From positions 192,001 to 256,000 of the forward strand of contig CAVPCT010000001.1 of assembly GCA_963702475.1 (NCBI GenBank): a stretch of 64,000 bases of DNA, given 5' to 3'. How positions within the stretch are numbered: the stretch's first letter is position 1; every line of letters begins with the position of its first letter. The notes below the pieces were generated by a model that saw only the letters and a list, made by a program, of their open reading frames with translations, was not told the DNA's origin and made no database searches. The stretch is from an uncultured Thermoleophilia bacterium. Its GTDB lineage: Bacteria; Actinomycetota; Thermoleophilia; UBA2241. Below, piece after piece: positions 10,183-18,988 of the stretch. A program made the translations under genes and the position numbers.

Positions 10183-11535
10183 ATGTCGGTGCCCAGGCTC
10201 GTGCTCTGCGGCCTCGAGCCCGGTCCGGCCCTCGCCCTCACCGCCGGCGCCGTGCTGGCGTCCCCCGGGCGTGGACGCACCGCCCGGGCCGTGACCGTCG
10301 GCGTCGACCTGCCCCTGTGGCGCCTCCTTCAGGCGAGTCCCGGGCGGGGGCCCCGTGTGCTCGACCCTGCGTTGCACGGCGAGTCCATGCTCGAGCTGTT
10401 CGACTCCTGGTGTGCCGGGATGGACCTGGTGCTTGTGGTCGCCGTCGAACCGGCGCTCGACCGCTGGCAAGGTGTCCGCGGGTCGCGCGCCGTGGACCTC
10501 GCGGCGGGCCTCGACGCGCCCCTCGTGCTCGTGCTCGAGGCCGGTGGGCGCGGCGCCACGGCCGCCGCCGCCGCGCGCGGGGTGCGCGACCTCGCCGGCC
10601 GCGCCGAGGTCGCCGGTGTGATCGTGGTGGGGGCGGACGACGCGCGCGTCGCGGAGCTCCGCGCGGTGCTGGGCGCCGACGCGGCTCTACCGGTGCTCGG
10701 CTGGGTCCCGCCGCGCCTCAGTGCGGTCTTCAGCGGTCTCTACGATGGCTTGCGTCGGCCGGGCGACGCTGCGGGGGCGCAGCAGGTGTGCGCGGAGGCG
10801 TCATCCTTCCTGGACGCGGCCGAGCTGTCCGCGGCCGCGGCCCGCCGAGGGTTCGTGCCGGCTCGGCCGCGGCGCGTGCTCACGCCGGACCGCGGCGCCT
10901 CCGGCCTCACGCTCGCCGTGGCCGTGGCGTCGCCTCTCGAGCCGTTCGCGCCCGAGAACGTCGACCTGCTCCAAGCCGTGGGGTTGCGCATCGAGCGGTT
11001 CGACCTGGGCCGCGACGAGTCGCTTCCGGACGGGTCGTCGGGACTCCTGCTGTGCGGCGGCCTGGACGAAGGCGGCCTGAGCGGATTCGCCGCCAACGAG
11101 CCGCTCAACGCCGCCCTGGCGGCCGCGGTCGCGGCCGGGCTACCCACGCTCGCCATGGGTGGAGGCTGCCTCCTGCTGCTGGACGGGCTGGCCGACACGC
11201 GAGGCGTCGTCCACCAACTCGCCGGCGCCTACGCCGGAGAGGCCGAACTGCTCGGGTGGTACGAGCGTCCCCGCTACGTGCCCGTGAGGGCGGCGCCCGG
11301 CAACCCTTACGACCGCGGAGACGGCGTGTTCTACGACCTGTTCGACGAAGACTTCCTGCTCCTCGAACAGGAGGCCGTCGCGTATGAGGTGAGTGGGCCC
11401 GCCGGGCAGGGCGAGACCGACGGTCTGGCCCTGCCCGGCTGTCTCGCCACCACGCTCGTGGCGTCCCTGCCCGGGAGTCCGGCGCTCGCCGCGGGGTTCG
11501 TGGCGGCGATGAAGGCGTGGGAGCGGCCCGCGTGA
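10183..11535 (+). CDS. Degenerate cobyrinate a,c-diamide synthase (CobB/CbiA)-like protein
   Basis: Colinear with CobB (PRLVL, LDP, GSxAxDLA, PLVLVL, AGVI, ENVDLL, GLLLCGG) but lacks the P-loop GKT and the GATase Cys; AGGAGG RBS. Confidence 0.65.
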   Translation: MSVPRLVLCGLEPGPALALTAGAVLASPGRGRTARAVTVGVDLPLWRLLQASPGRGPRVLDPALHGESMLELFDSWCAGMDLVLVVAVEPALDRWQGVRGSRAVDLAAGLDAPLVLVLEAGGRGATAAAAARGVRDLAGRAEVAGVIVVGADDARVAELRAVLGADAALPVLGWVPPRLSAVFSGLYDGLRRPGDAAGAQQVCAEASSFLDAAELSAAAARRGFVPARPRRVLTPDRGASGLTLAVAVASPLEPFAPENVDLLQAVGLRIERFDLGRDESLPDGSSGLLLCGGLDEGGLSGFAANEPLNAALAAAVAAGLPTLAMGGGCLLLLDGLADTRGVVHQLAGAYAGEAELLGWYERPRYVPVRAAPGNPYDRGDGVFYDLFDEDFLLLEQEAVAYEVSGPAGQGETDGLALPGCLATTLVASLPGSPALAAGFVAAMKAWERPA

Positions 11536-13253
11536 GCTCCCCGGCCACCGCGCTGCCAGTCCCGCGGGCCATCCGCTTGCCGTCTCGCGGCTCGCTCGTC
11601 TGGCTCTTCGTCTCCCCGGTGGCGGCGCTGACCCTCGCCGGCCTCACGATGTACCTCCTCGGCGTCTCGGGGGGCGATGACCCCGCTCACCTCTACAAGA
11701 TCGCCCTTCTTCGTGACGGGCAGTCGGTGCTGTGGGACAACTACTGGTACGGCGGCTCCTACGGGGCGCTCACGTACGGCCTCGTGTACTACTGGCTCGC
11801 CCAGTTCGTACCGGGCATCGCCATCACGGTGCTCGCCGGCGGTGCTCTGCCGCTGTTGTTCCACCTGTACCTGCGGGACGGCTGGGGGGTCACATCACGG
11901 GCCCCTGCCTGGACGCTGGCGGTCGTCATGGTGGTGTACCTGGCGTGGGGCCAGTCGCCGTTCCTGCTGGCGATGTGCCTCACGATGGGTGGGCTGGCGC
12001 TGCTGGCGCGCGGCCGGCCGTACGTGGCCGCGCTTCTCTGCGGCGTGGGCGTCTTCACCAACCCGCTGGCCCTTGTGGCGGCTGGCGTGTTCCTCCTCGG
12101 CATGCTCGCGGGCCGGCCTGACTCCAGGCGCCCCGTACTCCGCTTCGTCCTCGCCATGCTCCCCGTGGTGGCCGTCCGCGTCGCCCTCGCCGCCGTCTTC
12201 GCGGCGCCGGCGTGGGAGTTCCACTACACGGCCGAGCTGGCGGGGCTGGCGGCCGTCGCCGTGATCGGTATCCTGCTGGCGCGTGCCTCGGAGGAGCCTT
12301 CGCTGCGTGCCCTGCAGTGGGTGTTCGTGGCGCTCCTCGCCGTCGTCGTGCCGGCCTACCTGCTGCCGGACACGCAGATCGGCAACAACGCCGGGCGTTT
12401 CTTCTACGTGTTCGGCGGGCCGCTGCTGGTGGCAGTGGCGTGGCCGAGCCGGCTCCCCCGGGTCGTGCCGCTCGTCGCCGTGGCCGTGGTTCTCGCGTTC
12501 CAGCTCGCCTTCCCGGTGTGGATGCTCGCCAGGGCGCCGACGTTCACGGCCACCCGCGAGGCGTTCTTCGCCTCGGCCCTGCGCTACGCGGCCACCGTGT
12601 ACGACCCGGACTTCCGCTTTCACGTGGTGACGCCCGAGATGCACTGGGAGTCGTACTACTTCCCTGCCGCCGGGTTTCCCATCACCCGTGGCTGGTACCG
12701 CCAGGCCGACGCCCTGCACAACGTGGACCTGTACGATGAGCAGCTCACGCCCGACGCCTACGCGTTCTGGCTGCGGCGCCTGGCGGTGGAGTACGTGTTC
12801 GTGCCGCACGCTCCTCTGGTATCCACCTCGAAGCGGGAGGCGGCTATCCTCGCCTCGTCGCCCGATTTTCGGCTCGTGTATCGCGGCAACCAGTGGACCG
12901 TCTACAGGCTCCTCGACGCGGAGCCCCTCGTGGTGCCGCTGGCGCAGGCGGACGCCCGGGTGTTCACGATGGACCACACCAGCATCCGCTTCGGGGTCAC
13001 GCGCCCGGGGCCGTATCTCGTCAAGGTGACGTGGTCGCCGTACTGGCAGGTGGCGAGGGCGCCGTCCGGCCCGGCCTTGAGCGGCAGGGACGGGCATGCC
13101 GGGCAGCGGTGGCGGGCCGACGCTCTGGAACCCGCCCGCGAGCTTCTGAGCGAGGACTCGCACGGCTTCATCATCTTCCGCGCCCCCGCCGAGGGCGTCT
13201 ACGCGCTGCGCTTCGACGTGGCCGGCACCGCTCAGGCGGAGCTCATGCAGTGA
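11532..13253 (+). CDS. Multi-TM membrane protein, putative GT-C-type glycosyltransferase, copy 1
   Basis: DDPAH loop after TM1, WDNYWYGG, about 12 TM segments, RGWYRQAD and an extracytoplasmic C-terminal domain. Confidence 0.55.
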   Translation: MSSPATALPVPRAIRLPSRGSLVWLFVSPVAALTLAGLTMYLLGVSGGDDPAHLYKIALLRDGQSVLWDNYWYGGSYGALTYGLVYYWLAQFVPGIAITVLAGGALPLLFHLYLRDGWGVTSRAPAWTLAVVMVVYLAWGQSPFLLAMCLTMGGLALLARGRPYVAALLCGVGVFTNPLALVAAGVFLLGMLAGRPDSRRPVLRFVLAMLPVVAVRVALAAVFAAPAWEFHYTAELAGLAAVAVIGILLARASEEPSLRALQWVFVALLAVVVPAYLLPDTQIGNNAGRFFYVFGGPLLVAVAWPSRLPRVVPLVAVAVVLAFQLAFPVWMLARAPTFTATREAFFASALRYAATVYDPDFRFHVVTPEMHWESYYFPAAGFPITRGWYRQADALHNVDLYDEQLTPDAYAFWLRRLAVEYVFVPHAPLVSTSKREAAILASSPDFRLVYRGNQWTVYRLLDAEPLVVPLAQADARVFTMDHTSIRFGVTRPGPYLVKVTWSPYWQVARAPSGPALSGRDGHAGQRWRADALEPARELLSEDSHGFIIFRAPAEGVYALRFDVAGTAQAELMQ

Positions 13254-13275
13254 CACCTGCCGGAGGGGTGCGACG

Positions 13276-14925
13276 GTGACGCTCGCCGGAGTCGAGGACC
13301 GCCTCAAATCGCGGGGCGGCCTCCTGGCGCTGTGGCTGACCGCCACCGCCGCGGCCGCCCTCGTGGCCGTGCTCATGTGGTCGAACGGCGTCCCCGGCTG
13401 GGACGACTTCGCCCACGCCTACAAGGTCTTCCTCCTGCGTCGCGGCGACTCGGTCTTCTGGGACAGCTACTGGTACGGCGGCTCCTATGGGGCGGTCAAC
13501 TACGGGTTCGTCTTCTACTGGCTGGCGCAGTACGTGCCGGCCAAACTGATCGTCGTGCTCGCCGCGGGTGCCATACCGCCGCTCTACTACGTCTACCAGC
13601 GGGATCTGTGGCACTGCGACGACGTGTGGCCCGCCTGGGCCTTCGCTGGGGTGATGAGCGTCTACCTGGCACACGGTCAGGACCCCTTCCTGCTCGGCCT
13701 GGCGCTCACACTGGGCGGACTCGCGCTGCTCGCCCGCGACCATCCCCTCCTCGCGGCGCTGCCGGTCGCGCTCGGCGTGTTCGCGAACCCCATGGCGTTC
13801 GTGGTGTGCGGGCCGCTCATGGTCGCCGACGTGCTCGGGCGCCCGGACTGCCGCCGGCGCTATCTGTGGTTCTTCGTCGCCCTGGCGCCGTTCGTGCTCG
13901 TGCGTCTGGGTCTGGCGGCGGCGTTCAGCGAGCCCGGCGACTATCTCAACGAGACCTCGCAGCTCATGTTGTACCTCGGGTTCGCGCTCGCCGGGCTGGC
14001 CCTCGCGGGTGTGAACGCCGTCCACCCCCGCCGCCCGTTCACCATCCTCTTTCTCACGTACTCTGCCCTGTGCGTGCTGTCCTTCGTCACGCCGGGGAGC
14101 CCCTTGGGCAACAACATCGGACGGTTCTTCTTCGTGTTCGGGTTCCCGCTCCTGTTCCTGCTCCGCCACTCGCGGCTCAAGCGACCGTTCCCGTACGGCG
14201 ACCTGGCGATGATCCCGATCGTCCTGTTCGGACTGCTGCAGGTCAGCGCCCCGTACAGCCACTTCACGCGCACGGACGAGTGGCCGCAGACGCGCGCCGC
14301 GTTCTTCGCCCCGGCACTGGCCGCGGCGCGCGACTACTACGACCCCGACTATCGCATCCACGTGGTGGCGCTGCGCCGCCACGGGGAGGCGGCTTACTTC
14401 CCGAAGGCCGGTTTCCCGATCACCCGCGGCTGGTACCGCCAGGCGGACGCCGTGCACAATGGGCTCTTCTACACCACCTACGACGCCGCCGCCTACGCGG
14501 CGTGGTTGAGGGCGATGGGCGTGGAGTACGTCTTCCTCGCGGATGCGCCGCTCGACGCGTGGAGTCAGCGGGAGGTCCGCATCCTGCGGACGTCGCCGCA
14601 GTTCGAGCCGGTGAAGAAGACGGGCGTCTGGACGATCTACCGCCTGCGGCGCCCCGAGCCGCTCCTCGTCGGCCTGGAGGGCGGGAGTGGGGACATCCGC
14701 CGTGTCGGCCACCGCGAGATCGACTTCAGGGTCGGCGCGCCGGGCCGGTACAAGCTGAAGTTCTCATGGTCGCCGTACTGGTCACTCGAGGGCGGAGGCG
14801 GGGAGCTCGCTCCCGACGAGGGCTTCATCGGCCTGCGTCTGGACGCCTCCGGCCCCCACGTCCTGCGCTTCGTCGTCACACCGGGCCGTGTGCTGGACAC
14901 GACACTCGAGAAGCTGGGGATCTGA
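13276..14925 (+). CDS. Multi-TM membrane protein, putative GT-C-type glycosyltransferase, copy 2 (paralog)
   Basis: DDFAH, WDSYWYGGSYG, AGFPITRGWYRQADA and WSPYW are shared with the upstream gene. Confidence 0.55.
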   Translation: MTLAGVEDRLKSRGGLLALWLTATAAAALVAVLMWSNGVPGWDDFAHAYKVFLLRRGDSVFWDSYWYGGSYGAVNYGFVFYWLAQYVPAKLIVVLAAGAIPPLYYVYQRDLWHCDDVWPAWAFAGVMSVYLAHGQDPFLLGLALTLGGLALLARDHPLLAALPVALGVFANPMAFVVCGPLMVADVLGRPDCRRRYLWFFVALAPFVLVRLGLAAAFSEPGDYLNETSQLMLYLGFALAGLALAGVNAVHPRRPFTILFLTYSALCVLSFVTPGSPLGNNIGRFFFVFGFPLLFLLRHSRLKRPFPYGDLAMIPIVLFGLLQVSAPYSHFTRTDEWPQTRAAFFAPALAAARDYYDPDYRIHVVALRRHGEAAYFPKAGFPITRGWYRQADAVHNGLFYTTYDAAAYAAWLRAMGVEYVFLADAPLDAWSQREVRILRTSPQFEPVKKTGVWTIYRLRRPEPLLVGLEGGSGDIRRVGHREIDFRVGAPGRYKLKFSWSPYWSLEGGGGELAPDEGFIGLRLDASGPHVLRFVVTPGRVLDTTLEKLGI

Positions 14926-14966
14926 GCCGGCCGGGCGTCGGCGCAGGCTGGTGTAGACTGCCGCTC

Positions 14967-16064
14967 ATGTCGCCTGAGCGCCTCTCTGCCGACCTGTTCG
15001 CCCTCCCCGTCGACGCCATCAGGGAGGGGTTCTACACGGACGCCTATTTCAACGGCGCCCGCCGGGTCCTGGAGGAGCAGAAGCTGCACCCGCGCGTCAC
15101 GATGCAGGTCTTCCAGAAGCGCGAGGACACCCTTCTCTGCGGCATGGACGAGGCGTTGGCGGCGCTGCGCCTGTGCGCCGGACGCTACGCGGGTGAGGGG
15201 CAGCACCGCCGTTGGGAACCAGGCTGGGACCGGCTCGTCGTGCACGCCCTGCGCGACGGCGACGAGCCGGCCTCGTGGGAGACGGTGATGACCATCGAGG
15301 GCGACTACGGCCTGTTCGCACACCTCGAGACCGTCTACCTCGGGCTGCTGAGCCGGCGCACGCTCATCGCGAGCAACGTGCGCCGCGCGGTGCGCGCCGC
15401 TTCCGGCAAGCCGGTCCTGTACTTCCCGGCCCGCTTCGACCACTGGGCGGTCCAGCCGGGCGACGGCCACGCGGCGCGCGTGGGAGGCGCATCCGGCGTC
15501 AGCACCGACGCTCAGGCGGCCTGGTGGGGAGGCAGGGGTATCGGCACCGTCCCGCACGCCCTCATCGCCTGCTGCGGCGGCGACACCGTGGAGGCCGTGC
15601 GCCGCTTCGCCGACGTCCACTATCCCGCGGTCGACGTCGTCGCGTTGGTCGACTTCGACAACGACAGCGTGAGCACCAGCCTGGCGTGCGCGCGCGCCCT
15701 GGGCGAGCGCCTGTGGGGCGTGCGCCTGGACACCAGCGAGACCATGGTCGACCGCTCGCTCTGGCATACCATGGGCAGCTTCCGCCCCGTCGGTGTCGCG
15801 CCGGAGCTCGTGCGCGAGGTCCGGCGCGCTCTGGACGCCGAGGGCTTCCAGCGGGTGCGCATCGTGGTGAGCGGAGGGTTCGACGCGGACCGCATCGCCG
15901 GTTTCGAGGCGCAGGGCGTGCCTGTCGATGCCTACGGCGTGGGCAGCAGCCTGCTGCGCGGCGCGACCGACTTCACGGCCGACGTCGTGCAGCTGGACGG
16001 CAGGCCGTGCGCCAAGGTGGGCCGCGCGCACCGCCCCAGCCCGCGGCTCGAGCGGGTTCGCTGA
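14967..16064 (+). CDS. pncB: Nicotinate phosphoribosyltransferase
   Basis: YTDAYF, GTVPHA, LVDFDN, GVRLDTS, IVVSGGF and YGVGS; next to a nicotinamidase. Confidence 0.8.
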   Translation: MSPERLSADLFALPVDAIREGFYTDAYFNGARRVLEEQKLHPRVTMQVFQKREDTLLCGMDEALAALRLCAGRYAGEGQHRRWEPGWDRLVVHALRDGDEPASWETVMTIEGDYGLFAHLETVYLGLLSRRTLIASNVRRAVRAASGKPVLYFPARFDHWAVQPGDGHAARVGGASGVSTDAQAAWWGGRGIGTVPHALIACCGGDTVEAVRRFADVHYPAVDVVALVDFDNDSVSTSLACARALGERLWGVRLDTSETMVDRSLWHTMGSFRPVGVAPELVREVRRALDAEGFQRVRIVVSGGFDADRIAGFEAQGVPVDAYGVGSSLLRGATDFTADVVQLDGRPCAKVGRAHRPSPRLERVR

Positions 16065-16090
16065 CAAGCCTCGAGGGGCAGATTCTGCGC

Positions 16091-16645
16091 ATGGACACGT
16101 ACACGCCCGACCCCGCCACCGCCGTCGTCGTCATCGACATGCTCGTGGGCTTCTGCCGGCACGGCAACCTCCACAGCCCTCGCTTCGAACCGCTGGTGCC
16201 GCGCCTGTACGCGCACCTCAAGCGGGCCGAGGAGAAGGGCGCCCACCTTGTGTTCCTGGCCGATACGCATGCCCCGGACGACCCCGAGTTCCGCATGTTC
16301 CCGCCGCACTGCGTGGAGGGCTCGGGCGAGGAGGAGGTCGTGCCGGAGCTGGCCGAGTTCGTGCGACGCGGCACCCTGGTGCGCAAGCACACCTTCTCGG
16401 GGTTCAGGGGTACGGAGCTGGACGACGTCCTCACGCGACTGGCGCCGAAGCGCGTGGAGGTCGCGGGCGTGTGCACCGACATCTGCGTGCTGCACACCGT
16501 GTACGACCTCGAGGTGCGGGGCTACGAGGTCGTCGTGCGCAAGAGCCTGGTGGAGACGTACGACGCGCCCGGGCACGACGCCGAGGAGTTCAACCGCTTC
16601 GCTCTGGGGCACATCCGCGACGTTCTGGGCGCGGCGGTGGAGTGA
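16091..16645 (+). CDS. pncA: Nicotinamidase/isochorismatase-family cysteine hydrolase
   Basis: VIDML, DTH, FPPHC, KHTFSGF, GVCTDICV. Confidence 0.8.
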   Translation: MDTYTPDPATAVVVIDMLVGFCRHGNLHSPRFEPLVPRLYAHLKRAEEKGAHLVFLADTHAPDDPEFRMFPPHCVEGSGEEEVVPELAEFVRRGTLVRKHTFSGFRGTELDDVLTRLAPKRVEVAGVCTDICVLHTVYDLEVRGYEVVVRKSLVETYDAPGHDAEEFNRFALGHIRDVLGAAVE

Positions 16646-16648
16646 CCG

Positions 16649-17284
16649 TCAGTGTTCGCCCTCGGCGTTCACGGCGTCTTTGCCGTCCAGCAGGTCGACG
16701 AAGCTCTGCGAGCGGCGTCCGATGACCGTCGTGGGGTCGATCAGGGCGGCCTTCTTCCACTGGTCACGCGCCTGTCGGGAGCGGTCGGTCGAGAAGTAGA
16801 TGATGGCCAGCGAGTAGTGGGCCTCCTGGTCGCCGGGTCTGGCAGCCAGCACCTTGGTGATGGCCTTCTCGGCGCGTTTGGTCTGTCCGTCGGCGTGCCA
16901 CACCATCGCGAGCTTCACCTTGGCGGCGGCGCTGTCGGGGTCCAGCGCCAGCACGTCGGCGTACACGTTCGCCGCGCGCGCGTTGTGCTGGGCCATGAAG
17001 TGGGCGTCACCAAGCTTCAGGAGGGTCTGGATGTCGTCGGGGTCGTCGGCCACCTCGCCCTCGAGCCGGGCGATGGTCTGCTGGATGGACGTGCTCGCGC
17101 TGGGGGCGGGCGAAACGGTCGCGGCCCCGGAGTCGCCCACGCTGGGGTGTCCGGACGGGAGCCCGTCGGGACTGGTCGCGCCCGCCGTTCCGGACTCATC
17201 GCCGGAGCGCAACCCCACCGCCACGACGAGCGTGGCGAGGGCGAGCGCCAGCGCAACGCCGGTCAGCAGGTAGTGTCTCCTCAA
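16649..17284 (-). CDS. Membrane-anchored TPR protein (LPxGHP motif, cytochrome c biogenesis-associated type)
   Basis: N-terminal TM helix, LPSGHP and about 3 TPR-like repeats; TTG start with GGAAAGGA RBS. Confidence 0.65.
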   Translation of the reverse strand: MRRHYLLTGVALALALATLVVAVGLRSGDESGTAGATSPDGLPSGHPSVGDSGAATVSPAPSASTSIQQTIARLEGEVADDPDDIQTLLKLGDAHFMAQHNARAANVYADVLALDPDSAAAKVKLAMVWHADGQTKRAEKAITKVLAARPGDQEAHYSLAIIYFSTDRSRQARDQWKKAALIDPTTVIGRRSQSFVDLLDGKDAVNAEGEH

Positions 17285-17466
17285 ACGGGTCCTTTCCGGG
17301 CGGTGGAACAGGCTCAGGCAGGATAGCACCGGCACACCGGCGCTCGCGACCGCCGGAGGCCTCCTGGGGCCTGTGGCGGAGCGCATCCAACCAACCTTAA
17401 CCGGCGCTTAACACCTGTCGCCGGTCGAGTCTCTCACCCGCCGCCGCCGGGCCTGGAGAGGCCGTG

Positions 17467-17495
17467 TTGACGCGCCGCCGCGGCGAGGATACAGT
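17467..17495 (+). promoter_or_regulatory. Sigma70-type promoter of the Rrf2 gene
   Basis: TTGACG-17 nt-TACAGT. Confidence 0.6.
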
Positions 17496-17542
17496 TCAAG
17501 AAGACCGTTTTCGTCCTGTCTCGAAGCGACGGTGAGGTACGC

Positions 17543-17959
17543 ATGGGACTCCAGCTCACGCGCGGTGGCGAGTACGCCATCCGGGCCATGACGTATCTGG
17601 CACGTTTCCCCGACGGGCATGTGGCGTCCCTGCACGACATCGGGCAGGCGCAGGACATCCCGGAGAGCTTCCTCGCCAAGATCCTGCAGAGTCTCGTGCA
17701 CGGAGGGCTGGCCGTGTCGCAGCGCGGCGCGCACGGTGGCTTCGCCCTTGCGCGCCCGGCCTCCGATATCACCATGCGGGACGTCATCGAGGCTGTGGAC
17801 GGCCCGGTGGCCCTCAATCAGTGCGTGCTGTGGCCCGAGGACTGCCAGCGAAGCGGCGATTGCGAGACCCACAAGGCCTGGGCCAGGGCGCAGGCGCAGC
17901 TCATGGACGTGCTCGACACGGTCACGCTGCGAACCCTGGCCCCGACCCCAGTCGGCTGA
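17543..17959 (+). CDS. Rrf2 family regulator with a 3-Cys Fe-S motif
   Basis: EYAIRAM, FLAKILQ, RGAHGGFALA, C-x6-C-x5-C. Confidence 0.9.
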   Translation: MGLQLTRGGEYAIRAMTYLARFPDGHVASLHDIGQAQDIPESFLAKILQSLVHGGLAVSQRGAHGGFALARPASDITMRDVIEAVDGPVALNQCVLWPEDCQRSGDCETHKAWARAQAQLMDVLDTVTLRTLAPTPVG

Positions 17960-17989
17960 GGCCCCGGGGGCGGGCTCCCGCCCGCCCCG

Positions 17990-18961
17990 TCAGGACCCGT
18001 ACCCCTCCGGGTGCGTCTGCATCCACGCCCAGGCGTCGCGCACGGCGTCCTCCAGCGAACGCGACGGACGCCAGCCCAGTAGCTCCCCGGCGCGTCGGTT
18101 GCCTGCCACCAGGGCGGGCGGGTCGCCCGGGCGGCGCGCGGCGACGCGGGCGCGCAACTCCCGGCCGGTGACGCGCCGCACGGCGTCGAGCACTGTGTGC
18201 ACCGAGTCGCCGGTCCCCGTCCCCAGGTTGAACGCGCCCTGGACGCCGGGCAGCGCCTCCAGGGCGGCGATGTGGGCGTCGGCGAGGTCGGCCACGTGGA
18301 CGTAGTCGCGCACACACGTGCCGTCCATCGTGGGGTAGTCGTCGCCGAACACGTCCAGGGTACCGCCGTCGCGGGCGGCGCGCAGCGCCAGAGGTACCAG
18401 GTGCGACTCGGGGTCGTGGTCCTCACCGCACGGGCCGTCGGCGCCGCAGGCGTTGAAGTAGCGGAGCGCCGTGAAGGCGAGGTCGCCGCGAGACCGCGCC
18501 TCGCCGAGGAGGCGTTCTCCTTCGAGCTTGCCGGCGCCGTAGGGATTGGAGGGCGTGAGGGGGTCCTCCTCGTCGATGGGGACCCCCTCGGGCTCGCCGT
18601 ACACGGCGGCGGTGGAAGAGAACACCAGGCGGCCGGCCCCGGCCGCGCACGCGGCCGCGCTCACGGCCGCCGTGCCGTTCACGTTGACGTCGTGGTACCA
18701 GGCGGGCTCGCGCACCGACTCGCCCACCTCGGCGAGCGCCGCCATGTGCACCACGGCTTCGCAGCGGTGCGCGCGCAGCGCCTCCGTGAGGCGCACGCGG
18801 TCGCGCACGTCGCCCCGCTCGAAGGCCGCGCCCGCGGCCACCGCGCCGCGGTGGCCGCGGAACAGGTCGTCGTACACGGTGACGTCGTGGCCGCGCTGCA
18901 GCAGCCTGCGCGTGATCACGCTGCCGATGTAGCCGGCCCCGCCGGTGACCATGACCCTCAT
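17990..18961 (-). CDS. galE: UDP-glucose 4-epimerase
   Basis: TGGAGYIGS, FSSTAAVYG, PYGAGK, LRYFN and DGTCVRDYVHV. Confidence 0.92.
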   Translation of the reverse strand: MRVMVTGGAGYIGSVITRRLLQRGHDVTVYDDLFRGHRGAVAAGAAFERGDVRDRVRLTEALRAHRCEAVVHMAALAEVGESVREPAWYHDVNVNGTAAVSAAACAAGAGRLVFSSTAAVYGEPEGVPIDEEDPLTPSNPYGAGKLEGERLLGEARSRGDLAFTALRYFNACGADGPCGEDHDPESHLVPLALRAARDGGTLDVFGDDYPTMDGTCVRDYVHVADLADAHIAALEALPGVQGAFNLGTGTGDSVHTVLDAVRRVTGRELRARVAARRPGDPPALVAGNRRAGELLGWRPSRSLEDAVRDAWAWMQTHPEGYGS

Positions 18962-18988
18962 GTGGTGTCCCCGGTCCCGCCGGCCCAT

